40,952 nt of DNA from an uncultured archaeon. GTDB lineage: Archaea; Asgardarchaeota; Lokiarchaeia; Sigyniarchaeales; SOKP01. The stretch is taken from contig CAYUTF010000010.1 of assembly GCA_964447495.1 (NCBI GenBank), positions 5,422 through 46,373 of the forward strand, written 5' to 3'. The notes under the pieces are model-generated. The model was not told the DNA's origin and did no database searches. It saw nothing but the letters and a program-made list of their open reading frames with translations. The position numbers were made by a program, and so were the translations under genes. Below, one piece after another: positions 1 through 9,557 of this stretch; position 1 is the first letter of the stretch; every line of letters starts with the position of its first letter.

Positions 1-41
1 TATTATTCTACTTTTTATTGAATTTTCAATTTTTTTAAATT

Positions 42-212
42 ATGATGGAATATTCATCTTTCGACAGGTTGAATCAAGAAAAGAAAATTGAGGAAATTTT
101 AACTAGGGCTGTTACCCTATTTCAAAGAACTGGCCTTTCAGATTTAGCTGAAAAGTGGGATAAGATTCTTAAAACTTACACATCGCGAGAACAACTTTCG
201 AATAATCAATGA
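42..212 (+). CDS. Possible small protein (56 aa, MMEYSSFDRLNQEKKIEEIL...)
   Basis: Read manually: ATG at 42, TGA at 210-212, helical-looking composition. Below the ORF-track cutoff; no family recognised. Confidence 0.35.
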   Translation: MMEYSSFDRLNQEKKIEEILTRAVTLFQRTGLSDLAEKWDKILKTYTSREQLSNNQ

Positions 213-257
213 ATCATACTTTTTTATTTTCTATTCTATTTTACCATATAAATTTTC

Positions 258-2165
258 TTATAAATTTGCCATATAGTTAATAATGTGTTCCTGTTCTTTT
301 TCATAGATATTGTATAATTGAAAAACTAAACTATCAATTTCTAATTGAATTTTATCGGAAACAGATGGTTTCCTATATTCCTTGTTTAATAAAATATCCA
401 CATTCTTAATAATTGATTTTGCTAATTCTTTTTGATGAGAAGATTTTGGAATAACAATGGGGAAATCCTTGATATTTTGAATTAAAATTCGAGGAAATAA
501 CTTTTTATACAATCCAAATAGTTTAATAAATAAAAATGACATTAACATCGAATTTATGAGACCCAACAAATATTTATTATTAAAAAGTTTGATGGGACTC
601 TTTATAATCTTTAAATTGTAAATTGATTGAGAGTTTAATGCCAAGCTATCAACATGAGTAGCACATATCATATGATCTTGACTTAGTTGTCTAATAATAA
701 TACGATCCTTATATAAGTCGCTTTCCTTGTAATTAATACCTGATTTACTAATGTCAATATATTTGGGGGTTTCGACATTGTAACGTTTAATAGATTGAAT
801 AAAGGGAAGATACTGGCTATTTAAACCAGGTGGAATCCTATCTTTTATAATTTGTTCAATTGAGTCTTCTTGTAATAGAGAATGGCATTCTGGGCAAATG
901 AGGTTTGTTTTTGGAACAGGATAATATCTTTTACAAATCTCACAATAAATTATCGTTCCCTTTTTAGTTAACTCAACTCCTCGATTGAGTAGAATTGTGA
1001 ATTGTTGATCTTCAGATAAATCTTTCAATTTAGGAAAGTTTGTATTTATTTTTCTAATTATTTCTCTATCTTTCTTATCTAAATGAATAAGGAATTTATA
1101 GTTCCAAAGTTTTAGTTCTCTTTGAAGAATCTCATGAGAATCTTCCTCTGAAATATTTAATTTAATTTTGTTTGTTAATCTTTTCTGTTCATCCAATTCC
1201 TTTTCTAGTATTAATATTATGTTTGATACGATTGGATCTTGAAACTTTTGACCAATATGATAAATTTGTTTTATTTTAGTATTATAATATAAATACTTTC
1301 TGATGTTTGAACGATTTGATAATACTAAAAGTGAATCGGGTATAATATATCCAAGTTTCCCTTGAGTTTTTAATAATTTAACACCTAATTCTATAAAAAT
1401 TTGATAAAAATCATATTGTCCCTTATTGGTTTCTAATCCACTGTTTTCAATTAGTAATCGATCCTCTTGATGAATATCGCGAATAAATATATATGGAGGA
1501 TTTCCTACAACAAAATCAAAGTTTTGCTGTGGCTCTAATTGTAAGGAATTGGAATTTTGAATATTAAATACTGGAACTTCAAAATTGGGTTCTGAAAGCT
1601 TAATAAGTTTCAAAATATCATAGAGAACAAAATATATGTTAATTTGGCATAAAATACAAGCGATGGGGTTAACATCTACTCCAACTACATTATTTTTTAT
1701 AGAATTTATTACCTCTTTAGCTTGGTTAAGAGTAAAATCAGATATTTTAGGCTTATTATAGATAACTTTAAATTGCTCAATAATGCGAGCAATTATCTCT
1801 ATAATAAAACTCCCAGCGCCACAACTTATGTCGATTACAGATTTAGCCTTAATATCATATCCTGCTTTAAAACTGACTCCATCCAGTATGTATTTCACGA
1901 TGGAAAATGGAGTAAAAAATTCACCTAAATCCTTTCTATTCTTATGATTTTTACTATTTTGATATAAACCGCTTATCAAATCTAGATTTAAGTTAGAAAT
2001 CTCTCTAAATTTTGACTGTGTATTGATGACAAAATTCTCTTCAAACTTCTTTAGAATCTTTTCGAGTAGGCAAATTTCACTGTTAGATTTTATGTTATTT
2101 TTATAATATTCTGTACATTTATCTATGATTTTTCCATTCTTCAAAAAATCTATGAAATGGCTCAT
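258..2165 (-). CDS. N6-adenine DNA methyltransferase (gamma class, TaqI/Eco57I-like) with C-terminal target-recognition domain
   Basis: GEFFTP motif X, SAM-binding DISCGAGSF, catalytic GNPPY, TaqI-C-like KYLLGLINS...IKDFPI region; CxxC...CxxC insert. Confidence 0.9.
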   Translation of the reverse strand: MSHFIDFLKNGKIIDKCTEYYKNNIKSNSEICLLEKILKKFEENFVINTQSKFREISNLNLDLISGLYQNSKNHKNRKDLGEFFTPFSIVKYILDGVSFKAGYDIKAKSVIDISCGAGSFIIEIIARIIEQFKVIYNKPKISDFTLNQAKEVINSIKNNVVGVDVNPIACILCQINIYFVLYDILKLIKLSEPNFEVPVFNIQNSNSLQLEPQQNFDFVVGNPPYIFIRDIHQEDRLLIENSGLETNKGQYDFYQIFIELGVKLLKTQGKLGYIIPDSLLVLSNRSNIRKYLYYNTKIKQIYHIGQKFQDPIVSNIILILEKELDEQKRLTNKIKLNISEEDSHEILQRELKLWNYKFLIHLDKKDREIIRKINTNFPKLKDLSEDQQFTILLNRGVELTKKGTIIYCEICKRYYPVPKTNLICPECHSLLQEDSIEQIIKDRIPPGLNSQYLPFIQSIKRYNVETPKYIDISKSGINYKESDLYKDRIIIRQLSQDHMICATHVDSLALNSQSIYNLKIIKSPIKLFNNKYLLGLINSMLMSFLFIKLFGLYKKLFPRILIQNIKDFPIVIPKSSHQKELAKSIIKNVDILLNKEYRKPSVSDKIQLEIDSLVFQLYNIYEKEQEHIINYMANL

Positions 2166-2262
2166 CTATTTAATATAATATAGAAGGTGAATATTTCTAT
2201 TTTTTTATTAATTTCAAAATGAACACATTAAGTATATAATTAGAATTATGTTTAGTTGAAGT

Positions 2263-2769
2263 ATGGAAATACTAAAAAAAGCTTTGTATGATCCCAAAAA
2301 AAGAAAATTTCCTAAACACATATGCTTTAAACCTATAGGTATTATTCACACACCTTTCAAATCATTAAAAGGGATACCTATTCAATCTTCTATGTCAAAT
2401 AAAAACGGTAAAATTGAAATTTTTGAAGAATTTCAAGAAGGCTTAAAAGATTTAGAAAATTTTTCCCATATTTACTGCCTTTATTATTTTGACTTAATTA
2501 AAACTCCCGTTCCCCTTCAATCAAAACCCTTCTTAGACAATGAGGAAAAGGGGGTTTTTGCGATCAGGACTCCTTTTCGACCAAACCCCATTGGATTGTC
2601 TATATTTGAAATTATAGAGATAAAGGACAATCAAATTATAGTGAATAATGTAGACGTATTAGATAAAACTCCTCTACTCGATATCAAACCTTTTGTCTCT
2701 GAATTTGATTTCAGGATAAATACTAAGAATGGTTGGCTAAATGGTAAGATAAAAACCCAAAAAAGTTAG
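2263..2769 (+). CDS. trmO: tRNA (t6A37)-N6-methyltransferase TrmO/TsaA family
   Basis: PIGIIHTPF, GLKDLENFSH, GVFAIRTPFRPNPIGLS and TPLLDIKPF family motifs. Confidence 0.9.
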   Translation: MEILKKALYDPKKRKFPKHICFKPIGIIHTPFKSLKGIPIQSSMSNKNGKIEIFEEFQEGLKDLENFSHIYCLYYFDLIKTPVPLQSKPFLDNEEKGVFAIRTPFRPNPIGLSIFEIIEIKDNQIIVNNVDVLDKTPLLDIKPFVSEFDFRINTKNGWLNGKIKTQKS

Positions 2770-2898
2770 AAATTTAGAATTAAGAGAATTTTTCATTGAG
2801 AATTAAAAATAAAAGTTTAAGAATACCTTTAAATAATTTTTGAACTATATCTATTTTAAATATCTTTTCGATTGAAATTAATCGGAATCCACTTCGAA

Positions 2899-4002
2899 AT
2901 GATTGGAATTATCAATATTGGATTATATATCTCAATTGTTATTATTACTATAGTTTATTTAATAATTATTAGAGAAAATTACGAACCAGATGCTACCTTT
3001 CTAACCATCCTTATATTGTATTTTCTCAATGAAATTTTTGCTTTCATATTTTTCAATTTATCACAAGAGATATTATTTACTCAGGAGGTGGCATTGACAT
3101 TATGGTATTTCTCTATTATTACAGGGTTGATTTCTGTTGGATTATGGTCTTCATTTCTTACGATTGAGTTAAATAAAAAAAGTAAAGTTCGCTATCTTCC
3201 TGCCCTGACATATATTTTGATATTAGGGATTATCTTCAGTTTAATGTTAAGTCCAAATTTGTTTTTAGTAATCCAATCTATGTCCTATTACTCGTATTTA
3301 TTTTTAAATGATTTATTAATATATTCAATTTATATCTACTATTGCATAATAATTACGTTTTCTTTAATATCACAGATTATAAGTTTCAAAAATTATAGTG
3401 ATAGAGGATTGGGTGTGTTGTTTAACTATTTTGGTTTTTTTTTAATCATCCGCACCATTATATATTCTCTCTTCTTGCTTTATCCTAGTATGATTCTAAG
3501 CTTATCATTTGATATATCCTATTTTACATGTCTAATTATGATGATCATTATTATAATTAAGAAACCTAACTTTTTTGTTGTTTTTACGAATAAAATCTAT
3601 GATTTTATCATATTTCATAAATCAGGTATCTTACTCTATTCTTATAATTTCCAAAAAAATATAGAAGTAAAAGACTCTCTTCTTAAAGGGAGTATCCTAA
3701 TTGGAATAAATCATATTCTTAATAATTTCTCAGATGTAGAAAATCAATTGGAATTAATAAAATTACGTGATAAAGGAGTTATTTTTCAGTTCAATAATGA
3801 TCTAGGGTATGCAACATTATTAATTGCGAAACACAGAAATGCAATATTAGAACGAGCAGTTAATAAATTTAATCAGGAGTTTTCTGAGAAATTTGAAAAC
3901 TATTTGGTCAATCTTAAAGGTTTAATTGACATATCTATTTTCTCTGATACAAAGAGTCTCATTAGTAGTATATTTAAGCGATATATTATAAATAATCAAT
4001 AA
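2899..4002 (+). CDS. 7TM membrane protein with C-terminal longin-like domain (paralog 1)
   Basis: Seven hydrophobic segments ending IIIIKKP, then IYDFIIFHKSGILLYSYNF and a bb-a-bbb-aa pattern. ATG 2899 preferred over TTG 2872. Confidence 0.75.
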   Translation: MIGIINIGLYISIVIITIVYLIIIRENYEPDATFLTILILYFLNEIFAFIFFNLSQEILFTQEVALTLWYFSIITGLISVGLWSSFLTIELNKKSKVRYLPALTYILILGIIFSLMLSPNLFLVIQSMSYYSYLFLNDLLIYSIYIYYCIIITFSLISQIISFKNYSDRGLGVLFNYFGFFLIIRTIIYSLFLLYPSMILSLSFDISYFTCLIMMIIIIIKKPNFFVVFTNKIYDFIIFHKSGILLYSYNFQKNIEVKDSLLKGSILIGINHILNNFSDVENQLELIKLRDKGVIFQFNNDLGYATLLIAKHRNAILERAVNKFNQEFSEKFENYLVNLKGLIDISIFSDTKSLISSIFKRYIINNQ

Positions 4003-4173
4003 ATCAGCGATATTAATTTAAAGTTAAGTAGTGCAATTTTAAAAAATTTATTTGAAGTAATACTTTTATATAAGAATATACTTTTAATTTTTAAAGAGGT
4101 TAAGCTAGTCGAGTGCAAACTGAAACTAAATACTTTAATAATAGATACATATAAAAGAATTTGAATAAAGATT

Positions 4174-5322
4174 ATGTTAAATCTTACTGGTTTATCTTTA
4201 ATAATTGGTTGTGTAATTGCCTTGGGTATATCAATAATATCTAGTATACTCCTTTTAAGAAATCGAACTAGCTATGGTACAGAATTGAATATTTATTTAA
4301 ATGTAGCAATAATTATTAATGGAGGAATAATATATTCTTCTTTTTTCGTATTTTCTCTTCTCTTCTACACATCTAAAGAGATAAACATTTTATTCTGGAA
4401 GATTTCGATAATTTCAGGGTTTCTCTCTTTAATTATCTACTTTATACTTTATTCGTTTTTCAAAGAATATAAGAAAGTACAAATTTTCCCGTTTTTATGT
4501 CTATCAATTCTCTTTGGATTTTTAATAGGAATCCTATTTATACCAAATTCTATTCAAATTTATATCGAATATACAGAACCTATCCCCTTTTTCATCGGAG
4601 ATCCTTCATTAGTTAATTATTATTTTAGTTTTTATGCTAGCCTTATTATTATCACTTTTCAATTATTAATCGCTTCTTATTTATTATATATCTCCTTTAT
4701 AATCGTTTTCAATTCAAAAAATAAAGCTGAGAGTTGGCCTTTATTTATAAATCCTTTTATTTTTTCGCTTCCTATTGCTATGTATATTGCATATATCTTA
4801 TTACGTGAACCAATTTATCGCGAATTGCATATTATTTTAGTTTGGATAACTCAACTTGCATTTGATATTATCCTAATTAAAAAACCTGAAATGTTTGTTA
4901 TTTTACCAAATAAAATATTTGCAGTAAATATCTATCATAAATCCGGAATTTTGCTCTATTCCTATAAATTTGCGAAAGAAGCGGAATTTCAGGACGATTC
5001 AAAGATATGGGGGAATATTTTAATTGGGCTGAACTACATTTTAAGTGAATTTACAGAAAAAGAGGATAAAATAGAATTGATTCAAACAAGGAATTCGGAT
5101 ATTATTGTTAAATATGAAAATAAAGGGGGATATGCCGTAATGATAAGTACAAATAAAAAAAATTCGATTGTAGAAAATTTATCTTACAAATTTTCTGAAG
5201 AATTTGGGAAAAGATATAGTGAAGAATTAAATGAAATTCAAGATCTTAACAAGATTATTAATATCTCAGAATTTGAAGATACGAAATCTCTTATTGAAAA
5301 AACCTTTCAACTCTATCTTTAA
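4174..5322 (+). CDS. 7TM membrane protein with C-terminal longin-like domain (paralog 2)
   Basis: Same architecture; shares KKP, HKSGILLYSY, ILIG(I/L)N(H/Y)IL and FxDTKSLI with the upstream gene. Confidence 0.75.
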   Translation: MLNLTGLSLIIGCVIALGISIISSILLLRNRTSYGTELNIYLNVAIIINGGIIYSSFFVFSLLFYTSKEINILFWKISIISGFLSLIIYFILYSFFKEYKKVQIFPFLCLSILFGFLIGILFIPNSIQIYIEYTEPIPFFIGDPSLVNYYFSFYASLIIITFQLLIASYLLYISFIIVFNSKNKAESWPLFINPFIFSLPIAMYIAYILLREPIYRELHIILVWITQLAFDIILIKKPEMFVILPNKIFAVNIYHKSGILLYSYKFAKEAEFQDDSKIWGNILIGLNYILSEFTEKEDKIELIQTRNSDIIVKYENKGGYAVMISTNKKNSIVENLSYKFSEEFGKRYSEELNEIQDLNKIINISEFEDTKSLIEKTFQLYL

Positions 5323-5431
5323 ACCAAAAACTAAAGCTGAAAACTGGTCTCTAAAAACATTATATTTGAAGAAATATTGGATATAGTAAGATCAAATTAA
5401 TTAAAATCAAGTTAAAAAAGATGATGAAGAA

Positions 5432-5971
5432 TTGGGATTAAATTATTGTCCAAAATGTGGAAGCAAATTAGAAGAAAATACATCTAAATGTGCATATTGT
5501 GGTTATGATACTTCAGAAAGAAAAAACCAGCAACAAAATTCTGTTAGATTTAGTGATTCTAATATAGTATATGCTGATTTTTTCCAAAGAGCAATTGCAT
5601 GGTTTATTGATATGATCATTGTTATTATTATCTCATCACCACTCTCTTTGTTTCTAAACTTCGGAAGCTTGCTTCTTTTAACAAATGTATATAACTTTGC
5701 CATCGGATTTTGTTATTTTTGGCTCCTAGAAACGTTTAATAATGGGCAAACTCTTGGTAAGGTTATATTGAAAATAAGGACTGTAAATGATGAGAATTTT
5801 GAAGTCTCCAATCCAACAATGTATGCAATTAACAATCTTTCAAAAGCTTCGGGGTTTTTACTATTGGATATTATATTAGGAATTTTATTATACTATTCAG
5901 AACAGCAATCGTACAGAAAGATATTGAGAGTTACACAACATCTCGCTCATGTTGTAGTGGTGAAAGTTTAA
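5432..5971 (+). CDS. Zinc-ribbon + RDD family membrane protein
   Basis: CPKCG...CAYCG; YADFFQRAIAWFID and GQTLGKVILKIRTV RDD motifs. Confidence 0.85.
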   Translation: MGLNYCPKCGSKLEENTSKCAYCGYDTSERKNQQQNSVRFSDSNIVYADFFQRAIAWFIDMIIVIIISSPLSLFLNFGSLLLLTNVYNFAIGFCYFWLLETFNNGQTLGKVILKIRTVNDENFEVSNPTMYAINNLSKASGFLLLDIILGILLYYSEQQSYRKILRVTQHLAHVVVVKV

Positions 5972-6076
5972 AAAGTCTACTCTTTAATAGTTTTTTAACT
6001 CTTTTATTTATTTTTAAATTACTAAATCAAGAATTACTAAATCTTTATATATAAAAACCTTCATATAAACATTGGA

Positions 6077-6292
6077 ATGATGGAAAATTTAGCACTTCAA
6101 GATAAAGAATGGGCACATGATTGGAAAATCATCAAACAAATTTTTGAAGCCATTGATAGTCTTAAAAACTTGTTCGAACAATTAGACGTTTCTTATTTAA
6201 GAGAGATTGAACAGAATTTGCTAATCTTAAATCTTGAAAAATACACTTGGAGTCTCCAAAATTACATAATTGAAAAGTATTCAAAACCCTGA
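6077..6292 (+). CDS. Small helical hypothetical protein
   Basis: 71-aa ORF with protein-like composition, preceded by a TATA-like TTTATATA. Confidence 0.6.
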   Translation: MMENLALQDKEWAHDWKIIKQIFEAIDSLKNLFEQLDVSYLREIEQNLLILNLEKYTWSLQNYIIEKYSKP

Positions 6293-6445
6293 TCGAAACG
6301 ATTAAGATAAATGATACTATCGAGATAGCTTTCGCCTTCTGCTCTAGATTGAGAATGTTTACTATTTATTTTCTTTTAACAATTCTTAAATAGAGTATTT
6401 TATTACTATACAGAAATTATTTAAAATAAATAATGATGAATAAAA

Positions 6446-7798
6446 ATGAGTACTCGATTTAGTAAAGGTCAAAAATGGGCTTTTGGAGCGGGATCATTTG
6501 CTCAATGGTTTATAAATACCGCGTTCAATATTTGGGTGTTCACTTATTACTTTACCGTTGTTGGGTTAAGTATAAATTGGTATGTGCTTGCTGCAGTTAT
6601 CTGGACATTATGGAATGCCTTTAATGATCCATTCATAGGTTATTTATCTGATCGTACACATACCAGATGGGGGCGCCGAAAACCCTATATCATGATTGGA
6701 ACAATTCCCATGTTAATCTTAGAGATAATATTATGGCTTCCTCCAACAGGATCTCAATTTGCAATATTTGTATATTTATTGATTATGCTAATTTGTTATG
6801 ACACATTCTATACGATGATAGCGCTTCCCTTTGATAGTTTATTTCCTGAGCTCTATACCACTGTACAGGAAAGATCCGAAGTAAATACAATTAAGCAATT
6901 ACTCGCAGTTGTAGGATTATTAGCGGCAGCACTAGTCCCAGGCTTTATTGTTGATAGTAACACTACCTCATATTTATTAAATGGGATAGTAACGTCGATA
7001 ATCGTCGGATTTTCATTGATAATAGCACTAAAATGGGGCGTTAAGGAAAGAAAGGAATTTAAATTGGATTATCAACAATCGTTTAAATTTTTTGAAGGAG
7101 TAAAGTATTCATTAAAAAATAAAGGTTTTATACTTTATACTCTGATATTCTTTCTCTATGAATATGTTATCTTACTTCTTGCAACCCTGGTTCAAATATT
7201 CGGAAGACAAATTTTACATGCATCACCATTTCAAACTTCTATTATTATGGGTATTATGTATATTATGGGTGCAGTTTCAGTAGTTCTCTGGAGATGGTTG
7301 GATGTCAAAATTGGTTCGAGAAAAGGTTTAGCTCTATCCGTAGTCGCATATTTTCTAGCCTCACTCCCTCTAATGTTTGTTGATGTATATGAAATCGCAG
7401 TTGTGATCGCTATTTTTATGGGGATTGGATTTGGTGGTATGATCTATTTTATTTATTTGATTATTGCAGATGTTATTGATGAGGATGAATTAAAGTCGGG
7501 TGTAAGACATGAAGGAACATTTTTTGGGGTGACTAACTTTTTCATGAGGCTTTCAATGATTCTATCCATAGTGACCATTGGTTTAGTATTTGTACAAAGC
7601 GATTGGGAAGTTTATGACCCATTAGTTGATGTGACTTTTGGACTGCGATTGTTATTTATCGTTATTCCTGGTATTGCATTAGGAGTTTTACTGATATGCT
7701 TATATTTCTATCCTTTCCCAAAATCAAAAGTAGAAGGAATTAAGGCAAAATTAATAGAACTCCACAAAGAAAAGGAAAAGAGAGTTAACTCTAATTAA
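6446..7798 (+). CDS. MFS transporter, glycoside-pentoside-hexuronide (MelB-like) family
   Basis: About 12 TMs; NDPFIGYLSDRTHTRWGRRKPY and ADVIDEDELKSGVRHEG motifs. Confidence 0.9.
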   Translation: MSTRFSKGQKWAFGAGSFAQWFINTAFNIWVFTYYFTVVGLSINWYVLAAVIWTLWNAFNDPFIGYLSDRTHTRWGRRKPYIMIGTIPMLILEIILWLPPTGSQFAIFVYLLIMLICYDTFYTMIALPFDSLFPELYTTVQERSEVNTIKQLLAVVGLLAAALVPGFIVDSNTTSYLLNGIVTSIIVGFSLIIALKWGVKERKEFKLDYQQSFKFFEGVKYSLKNKGFILYTLIFFLYEYVILLLATLVQIFGRQILHASPFQTSIIMGIMYIMGAVSVVLWRWLDVKIGSRKGLALSVVAYFLASLPLMFVDVYEIAVVIAIFMGIGFGGMIYFIYLIIADVIDEDELKSGVRHEGTFFGVTNFFMRLSMILSIVTIGLVFVQSDWEVYDPLVDVTFGLRLLFIVIPGIALGVLLICLYFYPFPKSKVEGIKAKLIELHKEKEKRVNSN

Positions 7799-7984
7799 AT
7801 TTATTATTTTTATTTTTGTTCAATTCTTAAATTGATCTCATTAGCTATTTATGTGGTTTCACCAGTAATTTAATAATTTAATAATTATCTTTTCAATTCT
7901 AAAATATTTTAAATTAAATTTTTATATTGAATTTTCCTTCATATAACTTATACAAATTATATGTAAAAAATAATGTGATTAATA

Positions 7985-8218
7985 ATGGGATGGACACCAC
8001 CAAGTAAATTTACAGTTTTGATTTCCTTTCTTTTGATGGCATTTGGGGTTTTTATTTTACTCGACCAAAATGTGCTACTTTATACCCCGTCTATATTACC
8101 TACTATTCAGATAATATCCACTATTAGCTCTCATGCAAATTGGATAATAATAGCGATAATAGTATTCTTTTTCTCTTGGTTTCTCTTTTTCCTTGGAGTT
8201 TGGTTTAAAGGGATGTAA
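7985..8218 (+). CDS. Small two-TM membrane protein
   Basis: 77 aa with two hydrophobic helices; T-rich tract downstream. Confidence 0.65.
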   Translation: MGWTPPSKFTVLISFLLMAFGVFILLDQNVLLYTPSILPTIQIISTISSHANWIIIAIIVFFFSWFLFFLGVWFKGM

Positions 8219-8280
8219 AATTAAGTTTTATAAAATTTTTTTTCTTTTTTTGATTCTCATCCATTAATAGATTAAAAAGA

Positions 8281-9555
8281 TTATAATTGATTAAGAGCTT
8301 GCTCTAAATCTTTAATTAAATCCTCAGGATCTTCTAACCCGATTGAAAATCTAAAATGTGTATCCGAAATACCCATCAATCTCTTCTCCCAAGATGCAAG
8401 ATCGATCCCCGTCATTAATGAAGTATACTCAATTAAAGAGGTGGTATCTCCTAAAGAGACTCCTACTTTAATAACCTTTAAGAGATCTATGAATTTATAA
8501 CTATCTTCTGCGGATTGGAGTTCGAATCCCATCATCCCTCCAAAATCGGACATTTGTTTTTTAGCGATAAGATGACTCGGATGCGATTCTAAGCCAGGAT
8601 ATATCACAGTTGCTACTTTAGGGTGTGTTTCTAAGTATTGAGCAATTTCCATTGCATTTTCACAATGTTTTTTCATACGTATACTTAACGTACGGCAACC
8701 CCGTAATATTAACCAAGCATTAAAGGGACTCATAACAGCACCTTCTAATTCTTGCCAGAAATAGCGAATATTTTGAATATCGTTTTTTGGTCCAATTATT
8801 ACGCCTCCGAGAGCATCGCCATGACCATTAATATATTTGGTGAGACTCTCTACGACTATATCTGCTCCTAATTCAAACGGTTTTTGTAATACGGGGGAGG
8901 CAAAAGTATTATCAACGATACATTTTCCTCCACTATTGTGAATTAAATTAGTACATTCGTGTATGTCAATTATATCAATCGAAGGATTAGCAGGTGTTTC
9001 TACAAAAATCAACTTTGTTTGGTCGTCTATAGCATTTTTAACTTGATCTAAGTCTCTCATATCAACTATCCTCGGTTCAATCCCCATCTGAGGATAAAGA
9101 TTCATAAATAAACGATAAGTTCCTGTGTATTGGTTTTTATGCATAACTATATTCGGTAATTGTTCGGGATGGGTTTGAGGAAGATATTTAAAAATTTTTT
9201 TTGGCTTTATGCGTTTTAATCTCTGCTGTAATACACTCGAACATGCTAAATGAACGGCTGCCATACCTGAAGCTACTGATATAGCTTCCTCTCCTCCATG
9301 TAACGTCGCTAACTTTTTATCCAAAGCATATAATGTTGGATTTTCAGTTCTAGAATAAAAATAATGATTCTTAAGCATCTCAGTTAAAGTTGGATATACA
9401 TACGATTTCGTAGCGTAAAGTGGTAATCGTAAGCTTGAGGGAGTTTCGGGATATGGATCCTCTCCTGCTCGAATTTGCTGCGTATCAAATTTTAATGTAT
9501 CCCATTTTTTTCTTAATTCTTTATTTATTTGATCTACTGTTTTTTTTTCTTTCAT
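8281..9555 (-). CDS. PLP-dependent Cys/Met metabolism enzyme (methionine gamma-lyase / cystathionine gamma-synthase family), divergent
   Basis: YSRTENPT, SGMAAV, ETPANP, DNTFASP, PLP lysine in SLTKYINGHGD, VSLGD, FRFSIGLE. Confidence 0.88.
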   Translation of the reverse strand: MKEKKTVDQINKELRKKWDTLKFDTQQIRAGEDPYPETPSSLRLPLYATKSYVYPTLTEMLKNHYFYSRTENPTLYALDKKLATLHGGEEAISVASGMAAVHLACSSVLQQRLKRIKPKKIFKYLPQTHPEQLPNIVMHKNQYTGTYRLFMNLYPQMGIEPRIVDMRDLDQVKNAIDDQTKLIFVETPANPSIDIIDIHECTNLIHNSGGKCIVDNTFASPVLQKPFELGADIVVESLTKYINGHGDALGGVIIGPKNDIQNIRYFWQELEGAVMSPFNAWLILRGCRTLSIRMKKHCENAMEIAQYLETHPKVATVIYPGLESHPSHLIAKKQMSDFGGMMGFELQSAEDSYKFIDLLKVIKVGVSLGDTTSLIEYTSLMTGIDLASWEKRLMGISDTHFRFSIGLEDPEDLIKDLEQALNQL

Positions 9556-9557
9556 AC

